From Candidatus Poribacteria bacterium (GTDB lineage Bacteria; Poribacteria; WGA-4E; PCPOR2b): 64,000 bases of DNA. Of this stretch, positions 27,901-36,886 are shown one piece after another (the first letter of the stretch is position 1; the number at the start of each line of letters is the position of its first letter). The DNA is taken from contig OZ240245.1 in the NCBI GenBank assembly GCA_965198175.1, positions 2,592,001 through 2,656,000 on the forward strand, written 5' to 3'. Under the pieces are notes generated by a model. That model made no database searches. It was not told the origin of the DNA and was given only the letters and a program-made list of their open reading frames with translations. Both the position numbers and the translations under genes were made by a program.

Positions 27901-30262
27901 TAATCAAAACACCGCTGCTACATCAAAAACCGTGACTGTCAGTGTGGATACGACTTCACCGGACGTCACCGTTTCTGTACCATCAGGTGTGCAGAATAGT
28001 GCATTTAATGCAACGATAACGTTTACGGAACCGGTATCAGGGTTTGTGCGATCAGAGGTATCTCTGAGTGGTAGTGCAGCCAGCATCACGTCGTGGCGTG
28101 CTAACAGCGGTAACACCGTCTACACAGCGACAATAACCCCGACAGCAAGTGGTACTGTGACGATAGGTGTTGCTGCAAATGTTGCCACCGATGCAGCAAA
28201 TAATCAAAATACCGCTTCTACCTCACAAACAGTTACCATTGATGTTGATGCTCCCACAGTAACTATCGGTGCGCCATCGGGGACGGAGAATGGTGCATTT
28301 GATGCGACGATAACGTTCTCGGAGACGGTATCGGGCTTTGTGCAATCAGATGTATCTCTAAGCGGTAGCGCAGCGAGTATCACGGCATGGAATGCTAATA
28401 CAGCCAACACCGTGTACACTGCCACTATTACACCAACGGCAAGTGGTACTATAACGGTTGGTGTCGCTGCAAATGTTGCAACCGATGCTGCGAATAATCC
28501 CAACACCGCCGCAACATCAAAAACCGTCACGACACTAGTTGTACAACTCCAGCAGGTGGATGCGACTTCACCGGGCGTCACTATTTCTGTGCCATCGGAG
28601 ACGCAGAACGGTGCGTTTGATGTGACAATCACGTTCACGGAAACAGTATGGGGTTTTGTGCAATCGGATGTATCTCTGAGCGGTAGTGCGGCGAGTATCA
28701 CGTCGTGGAGTGCTAACAGTGATAGCACCGTCTACACAGCGACGATAACCCCGACAGCCAGTGGCACCGTGACGATTGGCGTGGCTGCGAATGTCGCAAA
28801 CAATGCGGAAGGTAATCCAAATCTTGTTGCAACTCCACAAACTGTGAGCATAGACGTTGACAGTCTAGGGGTTAGCATCTCTGTGAACAGTTATAATACG
28901 TCTGGGTATGGAGCTTCTATATCTCCTGTTGTGGATGCTATACCTCTTGTGATGGTTACGTTCACCGAACCCGTGAAACGAGATGAGTTTGATCCAAGGT
29001 CAGCATTGACATTCTCTGGGGCAACGGTGACCATTAACATAGCGGCACCAATGAGTGACCGATGCAGTGAAGTAACAGTGGATAAACAAACAATTAGGCT
29101 TTGTAGTCAGTGGCTTTATGATCTGACAGTAACAGAGAGTGGAGAGTTGACATTCAACATTGCTGCAGGTGTCGCACAGGATCTGGCAGGCAACTCAAAC
29201 ACGGCTGCCACAGCTCTAACGGTCACCGCTGATATCGATCGACCTGAGATTTCACGCGTGACTGTCCCTTCGGGTCCACAAACGGGTGAGTTTAATATGA
29301 CAATTGAGTTCACGGAACCTGTTTCGCCCGGTAGTACTACAGTTTTATCGGGTTACCTGAGCGCATCAAGTTCCGATCTGACCATATCAAGAAGTCCGGC
29401 AGGGCTATCTTATAGTGCAACATTTACGGATGAAAGAGTGGATAGAACAACCTATATTCTGACACTTAGGCCCGATGATGGGAGATGGTCTATGGATGGA
29501 AAGATTAGGATCGCCGCTATTTCCAGTGATACTGTAAAAGATGCAGCACGCAACTTAAACCTACAGCAATCGCTATCAGAGTCAGTATCACCTTACGTTT
29601 CGGTTTTTAGATACAGTCCGTATGACTTGGACAAGGATGATGATGTGGATATTGATGATGCGAAAATTGTTGTGCAAGCGATTGGACAAAGTGGTAATGA
29701 CATAACAGATCCACGCACGGATATCAATGGTGATGGAACCGTGAATAACGACGACTTGCTGCTTGTGATTGACAACTATGGCGAGGTATGGTCCGAGGCT
29801 CCGGCAAGCGGAGAGACGTTCACGCTTTTAGATAAGGAAACGCTTGAGACGCTGGACCCCGCAGCGTTAGAGGCGCAACTTGAAATCTTACGTGTTGAAA
29901 GTGATGGTTCGCTTAAATACCAGCGGGCAATTGCGTTGCTCGAAAACCTTTTGGCAGGCATACGTCCAGACGAAACGCGCTTGCTAGCGAACTATCCAAA
30001 TCCGTTCAACCCGGAGACGTGGATACCCTATCATCTGGCAAACGACACCGATGTGCGGATCTCGATCTACGACATCAACGGTGCGTTGGTACGTCAATTG
30101 GATTTGGGTTATCAGCAGGCAGGGTATTACACCACTCGGAGCCGCGCCGTGTATTGGGATGGGCGTAACGAATTCGGCGATTGGGTCGCAAGTGGTATCT
30201 ATTTCTACCAGTTGCACACAGACAATTTGTCCCTTCTGCGAAAGATGGTAATTCTGAAATAG
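24995..30262 (+). CDS. Large secreted adhesin-like protein: internalin-type LRR, about 13 Ig-like repeats, dockerin-like pair, FlgD/T9SS-like C-terminal domain
   Basis: Signal peptide; WMPDANLRDAVR LRR cap and LxxLxLxxNxI repeats; about 98-aa TITFSE.VSGF..SD repeats (Big_12-like); DLDKDDDVDIDD/DINGDGTVNNDD; NYPNPFNPETWIPY...RKMVILK. Confidence 0.9.
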   Translation: MKKFYIPLMILTLFSNNIYSASASDAADWMPDANLRDAVRKSLGLANNEDLTQAKMLDLTELRAAGRGISNLTGLEHATNVTIVRLAGNQISNISPLSVLTSVTKLRLQGNEITSVTSLSDLTNLTELFLNDNQIADVTPLTKLSRLVTLRLANNAITNAHVLSSLTNLNSVDISIPDPPQDSSVKADPLPPETLVDAEPPSVSISVPSGVQNGAFNATITFTETVSGFAGSDVSLTGSAASITSWSANSDNTVYTGTITPTASGTVTIGVAADVATDGANNSNTAATSQSVTVDVDRPTVTIGVPSGTQTGAFDATITFSESVSGFTQSDVSLTGSAASITGWRASSNSTVYTATITPTASGTVTIGVAANVATDAADNQNTAANSKNVTVSVDTTAPGVSLAVPSGVQNGAFAVTITFTETVSGFTQSDVSLAGGAASITSWNANSDDTVYTATITPSASGTVTIDVAANVATDAANNQNTAATSKTVTVDVDKPTVTIGAPSGTQTGAFDATITFSESVSGFTQSDVSLSSSAASITGWSADSDDTVYTATITPSASGTVTIGVAANVATDAANNQNTAATSKTVTVDVDKPTVSISVPSGVQNGAFSVTITFTETVSGFAGSDVSLTGSAASITSWSANSDNTVYTGTITPTASGTVTIGVAADVATDGANNSNTAATSQSVTVDVDRPTVTIGVPSGTQAGAFDATMTFAETVSGFAGSDVSLTGSAASITGWRANSDNTVYTVTITPTASGTVTIGVAANVASDAANNQNTAATSKNVTVDVDKPTVTIGVPSGVQNSAFNVSVTFTEAVSGFTQSDLSVGGTASASVTAWSGTRNTTYTATITPTSSGTVTLNVAAGVAADAANNSNTAATSQTVRIDVDAPSVSITVPTDEQTGAFDATITFMETVSGFVGSDVSLTGSSASITSWSANSDDTVYTATITPTASGTMTIGVAANVATDDANNQNTAATSKTVTVSVDTTSPDVTVSVPSGVQNSAFNATITFTEPVSGFVRSEVSLSGSAASITSWRANSGNTVYTATITPTASGTVTIGVAANVATDAANNQNTASTSQTVTIDVDAPTVTIGAPSGTENGAFDATITFSETVSGFVQSDVSLSGSAASITAWNANTANTVYTATITPTASGTITVGVAANVATDAANNPNTAATSKTVTTLVVQLQQVDATSPGVTISVPSETQNGAFDVTITFTETVWGFVQSDVSLSGSAASITSWSANSDSTVYTATITPTASGTVTIGVAANVANNAEGNPNLVATPQTVSIDVDSLGVSISVNSYNTSGYGASISPVVDAIPLVMVTFTEPVKRDEFDPRSALTFSGATVTINIAAPMSDRCSEVTVDKQTIRLCSQWLYDLTVTESGELTFNIAAGVAQDLAGNSNTAATALTVTADIDRPEISRVTVPSGPQTGEFNMTIEFTEPVSPGSTTVLSGYLSASSSDLTISRSPAGLSYSATFTDERVDRTTYILTLRPDDGRWSMDGKIRIAAISSDTVKDAARNLNLQQSLSESVSPYVSVFRYSPYDLDKDDDVDIDDAKIVVQAIGQSGNDITDPRTDINGDGTVNNDDLLLVIDNYGEVWSEAPASGETFTLLDKETLETLDPAALEAQLEILRVESDGSLKYQRAIALLENLLAGIRPDETRLLANYPNPFNPETWIPYHLANDTDVRISIYDINGALVRQLDLGYQQAGYYTTRSRAVYWDGRNEFGDWVASGIYFYQLHTDNLSLLRKMVILK

Positions 30263-30518
30263 TGTCAAATGACCTCTTATGTCAAACACAGTAGCTGCGA
30301 TTTTTTACAACCGCACCTTCTCTAACTACGCTAATGTCGGTAGCGTATACCCCGAAACTTCCATACAAAATCCATAAAATTTCTTTTTTGTTTTAACGGA
30401 TAATTCGCATAATTGTGCTTTAGAACCCGCACCACGTATGGGTTTATAGCACAACACAACCTTTGATTTACGGACACCAATTTCTTATAAAATTGTAACA
30501 TTTAAGGAGGCTGCTTCC

Positions 30519-31058
30519 ATGAAGTTAGCAGAGAAACATAAACAATTCGCCGTTAGACGCATTGCAAGATTTATGAAAGTCCAAGATATAGTTAAGGAAT
30601 TCATGGAGGAGTTTGAGGACGATTTATACGAAATTTTCAGTGATTTCTCCGCACCGCATGAACAACGTGTAAGACTGTCTTCTTTGTTTCGCAGGCTAAA
30701 CATAAAACACTCCCAATTCCCTGAGAAGTATAGGAGCCTATTTAATGAAGAACGGGAAAAATTCCTCGCCGATTACCGCGACACATCGCTTCACATACCC
30801 GACAACGTGACACGCGAATTAGAGGCACTCTACGGATTAACGCGCGAACTCGCCTATGAGCAACGAGAAGCCAAGTACATTACCCTGGCGTTACAGATAC
30901 TCAAAACCATCGTCACATGCAACGCTGTCAACGCACAAGAAGAGGTCGTTGAAATAACACCCGAGGCAGCGAAGCAACTCACAACCACAGCGAAGACCCT
31001 CACCGGTCAAGTGAACAAGGAGTCCAAACGATTGGCAAACATGGCAAACCAGAACTAA
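30519..31058 (+). CDS. DUF2280-like phage protein (possible terminase small subunit relative)
   Basis: RBS AAGGAGG; KL...HKQFAV..IA.F....DIV..F.EEF and KYRSLFNEEREKFL resemble DUF2280 (from recall, not searched). Confidence 0.55.
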   Translation: MKLAEKHKQFAVRRIARFMKVQDIVKEFMEEFEDDLYEIFSDFSAPHEQRVRLSSLFRRLNIKHSQFPEKYRSLFNEEREKFLADYRDTSLHIPDNVTRELEALYGLTRELAYEQREAKYITLALQILKTIVTCNAVNAQEEVVEITPEAAKQLTTTAKTLTGQVNKESKRLANMANQN

Positions 31059-31082
31059 ATGAAAAGTAGTTTTGTAGCTCTT

Positions 31083-31466
31083 GTAGGTTGGGTAGAGATC
31101 AACTGAGCGGATAGATCAAGTGACCGAATAGGGAACGCGATAGAGATCCTAAGCGATAGTTTTTTCCGCCCATCATATCATCTCAGGTGAGCGTACGGCT
31201 ATGTTTGTTGATTGAGTTTAAGATTCGTGTGTGTAGATCAACTAAGTGAATAACGTAGGATCAAACGAGCGAATAGCGAGCACGACAGCTTTTGCAGTTT
31301 TTGTAGGTTGGGTAGAGCGGTGATGATGAAACATGTGGATTACGACGAATCTGTCTGTTGGCCAATTGAATTCGATTTATTGTTGGATGAAGCGAAACCC
31401 AACGCTCTTGAAACGTCCGGACGACCAAAACCCGTTGGGTTTCACCGTTGGCTCAACCCAACCTAC
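31083..31466. repeat. REP composite cluster including a REP-bounded structured element (31303-31466)
   Basis: GTAGGTTGGGTAGAG at 31083 and 31303; GAAACCCAACG...CGTTGGGTTTC inner stem; closing ACCCAACCTAC. Confidence 0.85.
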
Positions 31467-31471
31467 AAGAG

Positions 31472-31661
31472 CTACCAACCCCATTCGGTGAAATAGAGGA
31501 AGATTCGATAGACATGCTGCCCCCGAATCTCGCCGAAGATTGTCCATAAACTGCCGATAACGTGTTGTCCCAAGATAATTCCGATAAAGAACGGCACCAC
31601 GCGCCGATAGAGTTGGATGCCGTCGAACTTCAGAATCGCCCACTTAATCAGCCACGCGACG
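31472..31661 (-). pseudogene. Displaced 3' end of the DUF6785-type permease gene
   Basis: 190-bp copy of 36887-37076 with about 14 substitutions; VAWLIKWAILKFDG...RIFLYFTEWGW*. Confidence 0.92.
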
Positions 31662-31795
31662 CCTACCTTGCGGGAACGTCAAGGGTAAAAGATAAAACAC
31701 GCGATACCAAACGGTCCTGCCCTATTAAAACCCTTGATATGCCGTCGAAAAAGTCCTAACATTATCACTTTGGGAATTTTGTGTTCTTTTGGCTC

Positions 31796-34700
31796 CTAAT
31801 CACGCAAACCGTCAATTACCATCCTCATCTCTATAGCACTCTTTAAGGATTTGTTACCGTCCTCTTCTGCTAGTTTAAGTGCAGTTTCATAGTCCGATTC
31901 AGCCTGCTCCACTCTATGAAGATAGGTGTTCGCTTTAGCACGGTTGAAATAAGAACGAGCCCTTTCTGGTTCGAGTTGTACCGCCTTATCCAAGTCGTTA
32001 AGAGCAGATTCATACTGACCCAGAGACAACTTTGCATTACCTCGGTTGTTGTAGGCAAATGCGTATTCTGGATCTAACCGAATTGCCTCATCGTAGTCAG
32101 CAATAGCAGATTCATATTGACCAAGATTGAACTTTGTAACTCCTCGATTTAGAAAGTTTGTAGCATCTGGCTTTAGACGAATTGCTTCACTAAAATCCTC
32201 GCGAGCAGACTCAGACTGTCCCAATAATACCTTCGCAAGCCCTCGATTAGTGTAAGCATCTGCCATGCCCGGATTTAATTGGATCGCCTCCGTATAGTCG
32301 GAAATGGCATGGTTATATTGACCAATTTCCCTTCTCGTCATTCCACGGTTGAAGTAAGCATTCGCAGCATCTGGTCTCAACTTAACAACTTCATCAAAAT
32401 CAGCAATAGCTCTCTCATATTGACCAAGTTTTCTATTAGTATTACCTCGCTTGAAATAGGCTTCAAGATTATTCGGATCAAGCCGAATTACTTGGTCATA
32501 GTCCTTGACAGCATTCTCATGTTGACCAAGTATGCTTTTCGCATTACCTCGATTATAAAAATTTTCCGCAAAGTCCGGCTGCAACTTAATAGCTTCGTCA
32601 TAATCTTCGATAGCAGATTCATGTTGACCAATCGCATCCTTTCCTATACCTCGACTGTAGTAAATCGCGGCAGAATCCGGCTTTAGACTAATTGCTTTGT
32701 CATAATCCGCAATAGCTTCTTCATATATGCCAAGAGCACCCTTTGCACTGCCGCGATAAACATACGCCTCTGCAAAATCTGGCTTTAACCGAATCACTTC
32801 ATTAAAGTCTTCAAGAGCGGATCTATGTTGACTTAGAGCCAACTTGGTAGTGCCACGTCCAATATAGGCTTCAGTAAGTTCTGGCTTGAGTTGAATCGCC
32901 TTGTCATAATCGGTAATAGCCTGCTCGTGTTCACCAATAGCCACGCTCACAACACCTCGATTGACATAGCCTTCGGCAAAATCCGGTTTTAGACGAATTA
33001 CCTCATTATAATCTTCAAGTGCTGATTCGTATTGACCAAGATCAGCCTTTGCACTACCGCGAATGGTGTAGGCGTCAGCATCATCCGGCTGGAGCCTAAT
33101 TCCTTCATTATAATCTTCAAGTGCTGATTCATACTCATTCAAAGCAACTTTCGACCTGCCGCGATTGAGGTAAGCTTTGGCGTATTCCGGTTTGAGACGA
33201 ATTGCCTCATCGTAATCAGCAATAGCAACCTCGTACTGCCCAAGGATTGACTTTGTATTTGCGCGGTTAAAATATGCTTCTGCCATGTCCGGCCTGAGCC
33301 TGATAGCCTCATCATAGTCACTAAGTGCCGATTTATGCTGACCCAGATCAGACCTAGTACGACCACGGCTAACGTAAGCTTCCACAAAATCGGGTTTCAG
33401 ACGAATTGCCTCATCATAATCCCTAAATGCCGCTTCGTACTGACCCATATTAGACTTCGTACCACCACGACTAGCATAAGCTTCCGCCAAATCCGGTTTC
33501 AGACGAATTGCCTCATCATAATCCTTAAGTGCTGACTCATGTCTATCAAGATTTGACTTCGCATTCCCACGATTGAGGTAAACTTCGGAATAATCCGACT
33601 TTAATTCGATTGCTTTATCATATTCCTTTAGTGCTAATTCATATTGACCAAGACGGAATTTTACGTTACCGCGACCAGTATAGGCTTCCGCCAAATCCGG
33701 CTTTAATCGGATAGCTTCATCATAGTCTTCGATTGCAGATTCATGTTCGCCAAGTTTAGATCTCGCACTGCCACGATTAAGGTAAGCTCCTGCCAATCCT
33801 GAATTTAATTTTATAAATTCGTCATAGTCCTTTATCGCGGCACTATATCGATCAAGTTCATACTTCACACCGCCACGAATTAGATAGCCTATTGCAAAAT
33901 CTGGCCTCTGCTTGATAGCTTCATCATAGTCTGCAATAGCAGATTCATAGTCGCCAAGTTCTGACTTCACATGACCACGACCCATGTAAGCCTCCGCTAA
34001 ATCTGGATTCAGACGAATCGCCGTATTACAATCTTCAAGTGCTGATTCATATTGTCCTAGAGCGGCTTTTGCCATGCCTCGATTTGAATAAACTCCTGCA
34101 AAATCCGGCTTTAGTCTGATAGCTTCACCATAGTCTACAATAGCAGATTCGCGCTGACCAAGGGCAGATTTTGCAACACCTCGATTGTTATAAGCTTCAA
34201 TTGAATCCTGTTTTAAGTGAATTGCTTTGTCATGATCAGCAATGGCTTCCTTATGTTTACCAAGAGCACTCTTAGCAACGCCTCGATTACTGTAGACTCC
34301 CGCAAAATCCGGCTCCAGTTGAATCACCTTGTTATAGTCGGTAATGGCCTCATCATATTCATCAAGGCCAGACTTTGCAAATCCTCGATTTAGGTATGCT
34401 TCTGAAAAATCTGACTTTAGGTGAATTGCTTGGTTGTAAGAGGCAATTGCTTTTTCAAGAACATCACGATTCTCGTATTGTCCTACATAAGACATTGTTA
34501 GACGAAAAGGTTTGTCTAAATATCCTTGGAGAAAAACGGATCTGTCGTAAGTGTACACAGAAAACACCTCATCATGTTCATCTTCCTGCATGCACAGAGA
34601 TCCGACCGCAAACCACGCGCCAGCAGCTAGGTCGTTATCAATCCCTTCTGCGGTGCTTGCAATAGAACGCCATTTCTCGATAGAATCATCAATTTTTCCA

Positions 34701-35098
34701 ACCTGCTTCAACCTATAGGCTTCGGCTATAGCCTTATTCATGACAGACGCCTTAGGGTCCTGTTCAATCTTTTGGATTGATTTCTCAAACTGTTCGCGTT
34801 TCTCAGATTGTACATCTTGAATTATTTTGACGATACTTTCAACAGTTTTCAAATCTACTTGGGTTCTGTCTTTGTAAAAATTATAGGCAAGGGTAAGCAA
34901 TGCCGCAATACCGAGAAAAAGAGTCCCAAACCCAACAAGATCTTTGCGTTTGCTGCTGGAACCACTTACGACGACCGTGTCATCTGATTTATTAATATTT
35001 TTATCTAGGGTAACTTCCGCAGGTTGTTCCGGCTCCACTGTTTCTTCAGTTTCCATCATCTCTGGTTGTCTAGAATCTTCCTTTTGTTCATTTTCCAT
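31796..35098 (-). CDS. Membrane-anchored long TPR protein (about 25 TPRs)
   Basis: One TM segment (LVGFGTLFLGIAALLTLAY), then 34-aa AY.NRG..K..LG.YE.AI.DYDEAIRLKPD repeats. Confidence 0.92.
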   Translation of the reverse strand: MENEQKEDSRQPEMMETEETVEPEQPAEVTLDKNINKSDDTVVVSGSSSKRKDLVGFGTLFLGIAALLTLAYNFYKDRTQVDLKTVESIVKIIQDVQSEKREQFEKSIQKIEQDPKASVMNKAIAEAYRLKQVGKIDDSIEKWRSIASTAEGIDNDLAAGAWFAVGSLCMQEDEHDEVFSVYTYDRSVFLQGYLDKPFRLTMSYVGQYENRDVLEKAIASYNQAIHLKSDFSEAYLNRGFAKSGLDEYDEAITDYNKVIQLEPDFAGVYSNRGVAKSALGKHKEAIADHDKAIHLKQDSIEAYNNRGVAKSALGQRESAIVDYGEAIRLKPDFAGVYSNRGMAKAALGQYESALEDCNTAIRLNPDLAEAYMGRGHVKSELGDYESAIADYDEAIKQRPDFAIGYLIRGGVKYELDRYSAAIKDYDEFIKLNSGLAGAYLNRGSARSKLGEHESAIEDYDEAIRLKPDLAEAYTGRGNVKFRLGQYELALKEYDKAIELKSDYSEVYLNRGNAKSNLDRHESALKDYDEAIRLKPDLAEAYASRGGTKSNMGQYEAAFRDYDEAIRLKPDFVEAYVSRGRTRSDLGQHKSALSDYDEAIRLRPDMAEAYFNRANTKSILGQYEVAIADYDEAIRLKPEYAKAYLNRGRSKVALNEYESALEDYNEGIRLQPDDADAYTIRGSAKADLGQYESALEDYNEVIRLKPDFAEGYVNRGVVSVAIGEHEQAITDYDKAIQLKPELTEAYIGRGTTKLALSQHRSALEDFNEVIRLKPDFAEAYVYRGSAKGALGIYEEAIADYDKAISLKPDSAAIYYSRGIGKDAIGQHESAIEDYDEAIKLQPDFAENFYNRGNAKSILGQHENAVKDYDQVIRLDPNNLEAYFKRGNTNRKLGQYERAIADFDEVVKLRPDAANAYFNRGMTRREIGQYNHAISDYTEAIQLNPGMADAYTNRGLAKVLLGQSESAREDFSEAIRLKPDATNFLNRGVTKFNLGQYESAIADYDEAIRLDPEYAFAYNNRGNAKLSLGQYESALNDLDKAVQLEPERARSYFNRAKANTYLHRVEQAESDYETALKLAEEDGNKSLKSAIEMRMVIDGLRD

Positions 35099-35301
35099 TT
35101 TACACCGCCGTTTTGACCGGGCATAATCAACTTTCTCTCAAGTCCGTCAACGCTTCCTGTCCCAGTTATAGTCCTCAATTCATTTCTAATTTTCGGATTG
35201 GTTCCCTCACGCTAGTGATACTGACGTTTGATAGGAAATTATCTCACATACTTGAACTGGGGTCAAGGTGTTCTAAACACAGATAGTGCTATTTAGTTTT
35301 T

Positions 35302-35570
35302 GTAGGTTGAGTTAAGTGGATTTGATGAAAACCATGAATTATAACGCATGAGTTTGGATTGTTGATTGAGTTTAAGATTTGTTTGAGGCTAGCGAAGCCA
35401 AACTCTTTTTGGTCGTCCGGACGTTTCAAAAGCGTTGGGTTTCGCTAGGTGTCTACGCGAAAGAGGGTGTAGTTGGATTTCAGAACGTGAATCGTCGTTG
35501 GATCTGGAGGCAAGGACTTAAAAACTATCGCCTTCACTATTCGCTCAGTTGATTCCTCAACCCAACCTAC
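35302..35570. repeat. REP-bounded structured element
   Basis: Same layout and internal TTGTTGATTG..TT.AAGAT core as 22604-22838. Confidence 0.8.
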
Positions 35571-35647
35571 AAGAGCTACTGATTGCGTTCCGATTTATTC
35601 AACTGACCGTCGGGAATCGGAATTCCCTCCTACCCTTGTTCAACCGT

Positions 35648-36856
35648 TCATCTCCTGTACTTCGGCGATGGCCCCTCCTCGCGGTAAGTCGGTGGCGGCG
35701 GATCCAGCCATTTCACGAGGCTATCCTTAATCTCAAAGGCGAAAAAGTGGTTGCCTCTGGGGTTGTAGTGGCCGCTGTAGTAGAGCTGTGCATATTCCTC
35801 CGGCGAGCAGTTGAACTGTTTGAACTCTTCAACGTGCGCATGGAGCGAATCGAAAGTGAGAAACCCCTGTTCGTTCAGATAGTCGACAAAGATTCGGTCG
35901 AATCGTGGACGGTTAAAACAAGCGTGAATGACGTCATTCGCGGGATAGCTCAGCAGAACCATCAACTCTTTTCCACCCGCTTCTGCAAATCCCCGCACCC
36001 TGTCTACGATATACATACTCGATCGCAGCGCGCACGTTTGCATTAGGTTGCGTGCAGTGTTGGCAGTGGCTTCCTGTGAATTGAAGTTCACAGCTATCCC
36101 TAGGGCATCTGCCGTTGCTCCCAGCACTCCAAGATTAACGTCGGCGGCGCCTAGCTGCGCGAGGCGGGCTTGTACGTCGAAGTCATCTTTGAAGGTTTCG
36201 TGCAGGTGTGCGCTATCGCAGAGCTGATATAGGCTGTCAGGTGTCGAGTAGGGGTTTTCATGTTCCTCAAACGCTGCGGTTTCCGGGTTCAGATGCACAT
36301 GCGCCCATGGGTTGGCGTGAAACATAAACCCTGAGGTTTCTGATTGGGCGCTCGATCCAATGTGCCGAGCATAGCCGCGCATATGAAGCATTCGCCAAGC
36401 GTAGATGTTTCGGAAATGATCGTCTGCAAAAATGTTGAGTATAACGTATTTAGCGGCTACTTCAGTCTTTTCCTCCCGAAGCATTCGTCTGTATGCTTGA
36501 TACACCCCGTGTCCGCCGACCCCGAAGTTGCGAATCGGCTCACAAAAGTGGGCGGCGAGGTATTCCTGCCAAGTTTCGCCGTCATTGACCTGATCGCACT
36601 GCGTGAAACTGTTCCCATACGTGTTTACCCGGCAGGGCCGATCTGCGAAGTTCGACATCAGCCGCTCGCCAAACCGACCGTAGCGGGAGATGGTATAGCT
36701 TTCGTCAACGCCGTCCCTGAGCACGGAGTTCTTGCGGACATACCCCAACTCAGGATCGAAAACGGCGTAGTTGTGTGCGTTCGAATCGAGAAACCTATCA
36801 ATATCCGCTCGATTCAGCGTTGACGCTTCAAAAAATTCGTGTGTTGTAAAACTCAT
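35648..36856 (-). CDS. SGNH/GDSL-hydrolase-like hypothetical protein
   Basis: YGNSFT, NFGVGGHGVYQ and GHYNPRGN motifs; RBS AAAGGAG. Confidence 0.7.
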   Translation of the reverse strand: MSFTTHEFFEASTLNRADIDRFLDSNAHNYAVFDPELGYVRKNSVLRDGVDESYTISRYGRFGERLMSNFADRPCRVNTYGNSFTQCDQVNDGETWQEYLAAHFCEPIRNFGVGGHGVYQAYRRMLREEKTEVAAKYVILNIFADDHFRNIYAWRMLHMRGYARHIGSSAQSETSGFMFHANPWAHVHLNPETAAFEEHENPYSTPDSLYQLCDSAHLHETFKDDFDVQARLAQLGAADVNLGVLGATADALGIAVNFNSQEATANTARNLMQTCALRSSMYIVDRVRGFAEAGGKELMVLLSYPANDVIHACFNRPRFDRIFVDYLNEQGFLTFDSLHAHVEEFKQFNCSPEEYAQLYYSGHYNPRGNHFFAFEIKDSLVKWLDPPPPTYREEGPSPKYRR

Positions 36857-36886
36857 TTCAGATGTTCTCCTTTCAAGCTACAAGCC

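Noticed and set aside
25393..28728. Series of about 96-aa minus-strand ORFs
   Set aside because: Antisense shadows of the Ig-like repeats of the adhesin.
30260..30430. dif/pdif-like half sites (TTATGTCAAAC at 30277; AATTCGCATAA near 30402)
   Set aside because: Neither has the partner arm at 6-bp spacing.
19509..31661. Diversity-generating retroelement TR/VR pairs (recombinase, C-terminal domain and permease duplicates)
   Set aside because: Mismatches are not adenine-specific on either strand and many are synonymous; no reverse transcriptase is in the window.
31679..31737. Mini-IS with TCAAGGGT/ACCCTTGA ends
   Set aside because: Only an 8-bp inverted repeat with no target duplication or second copy.
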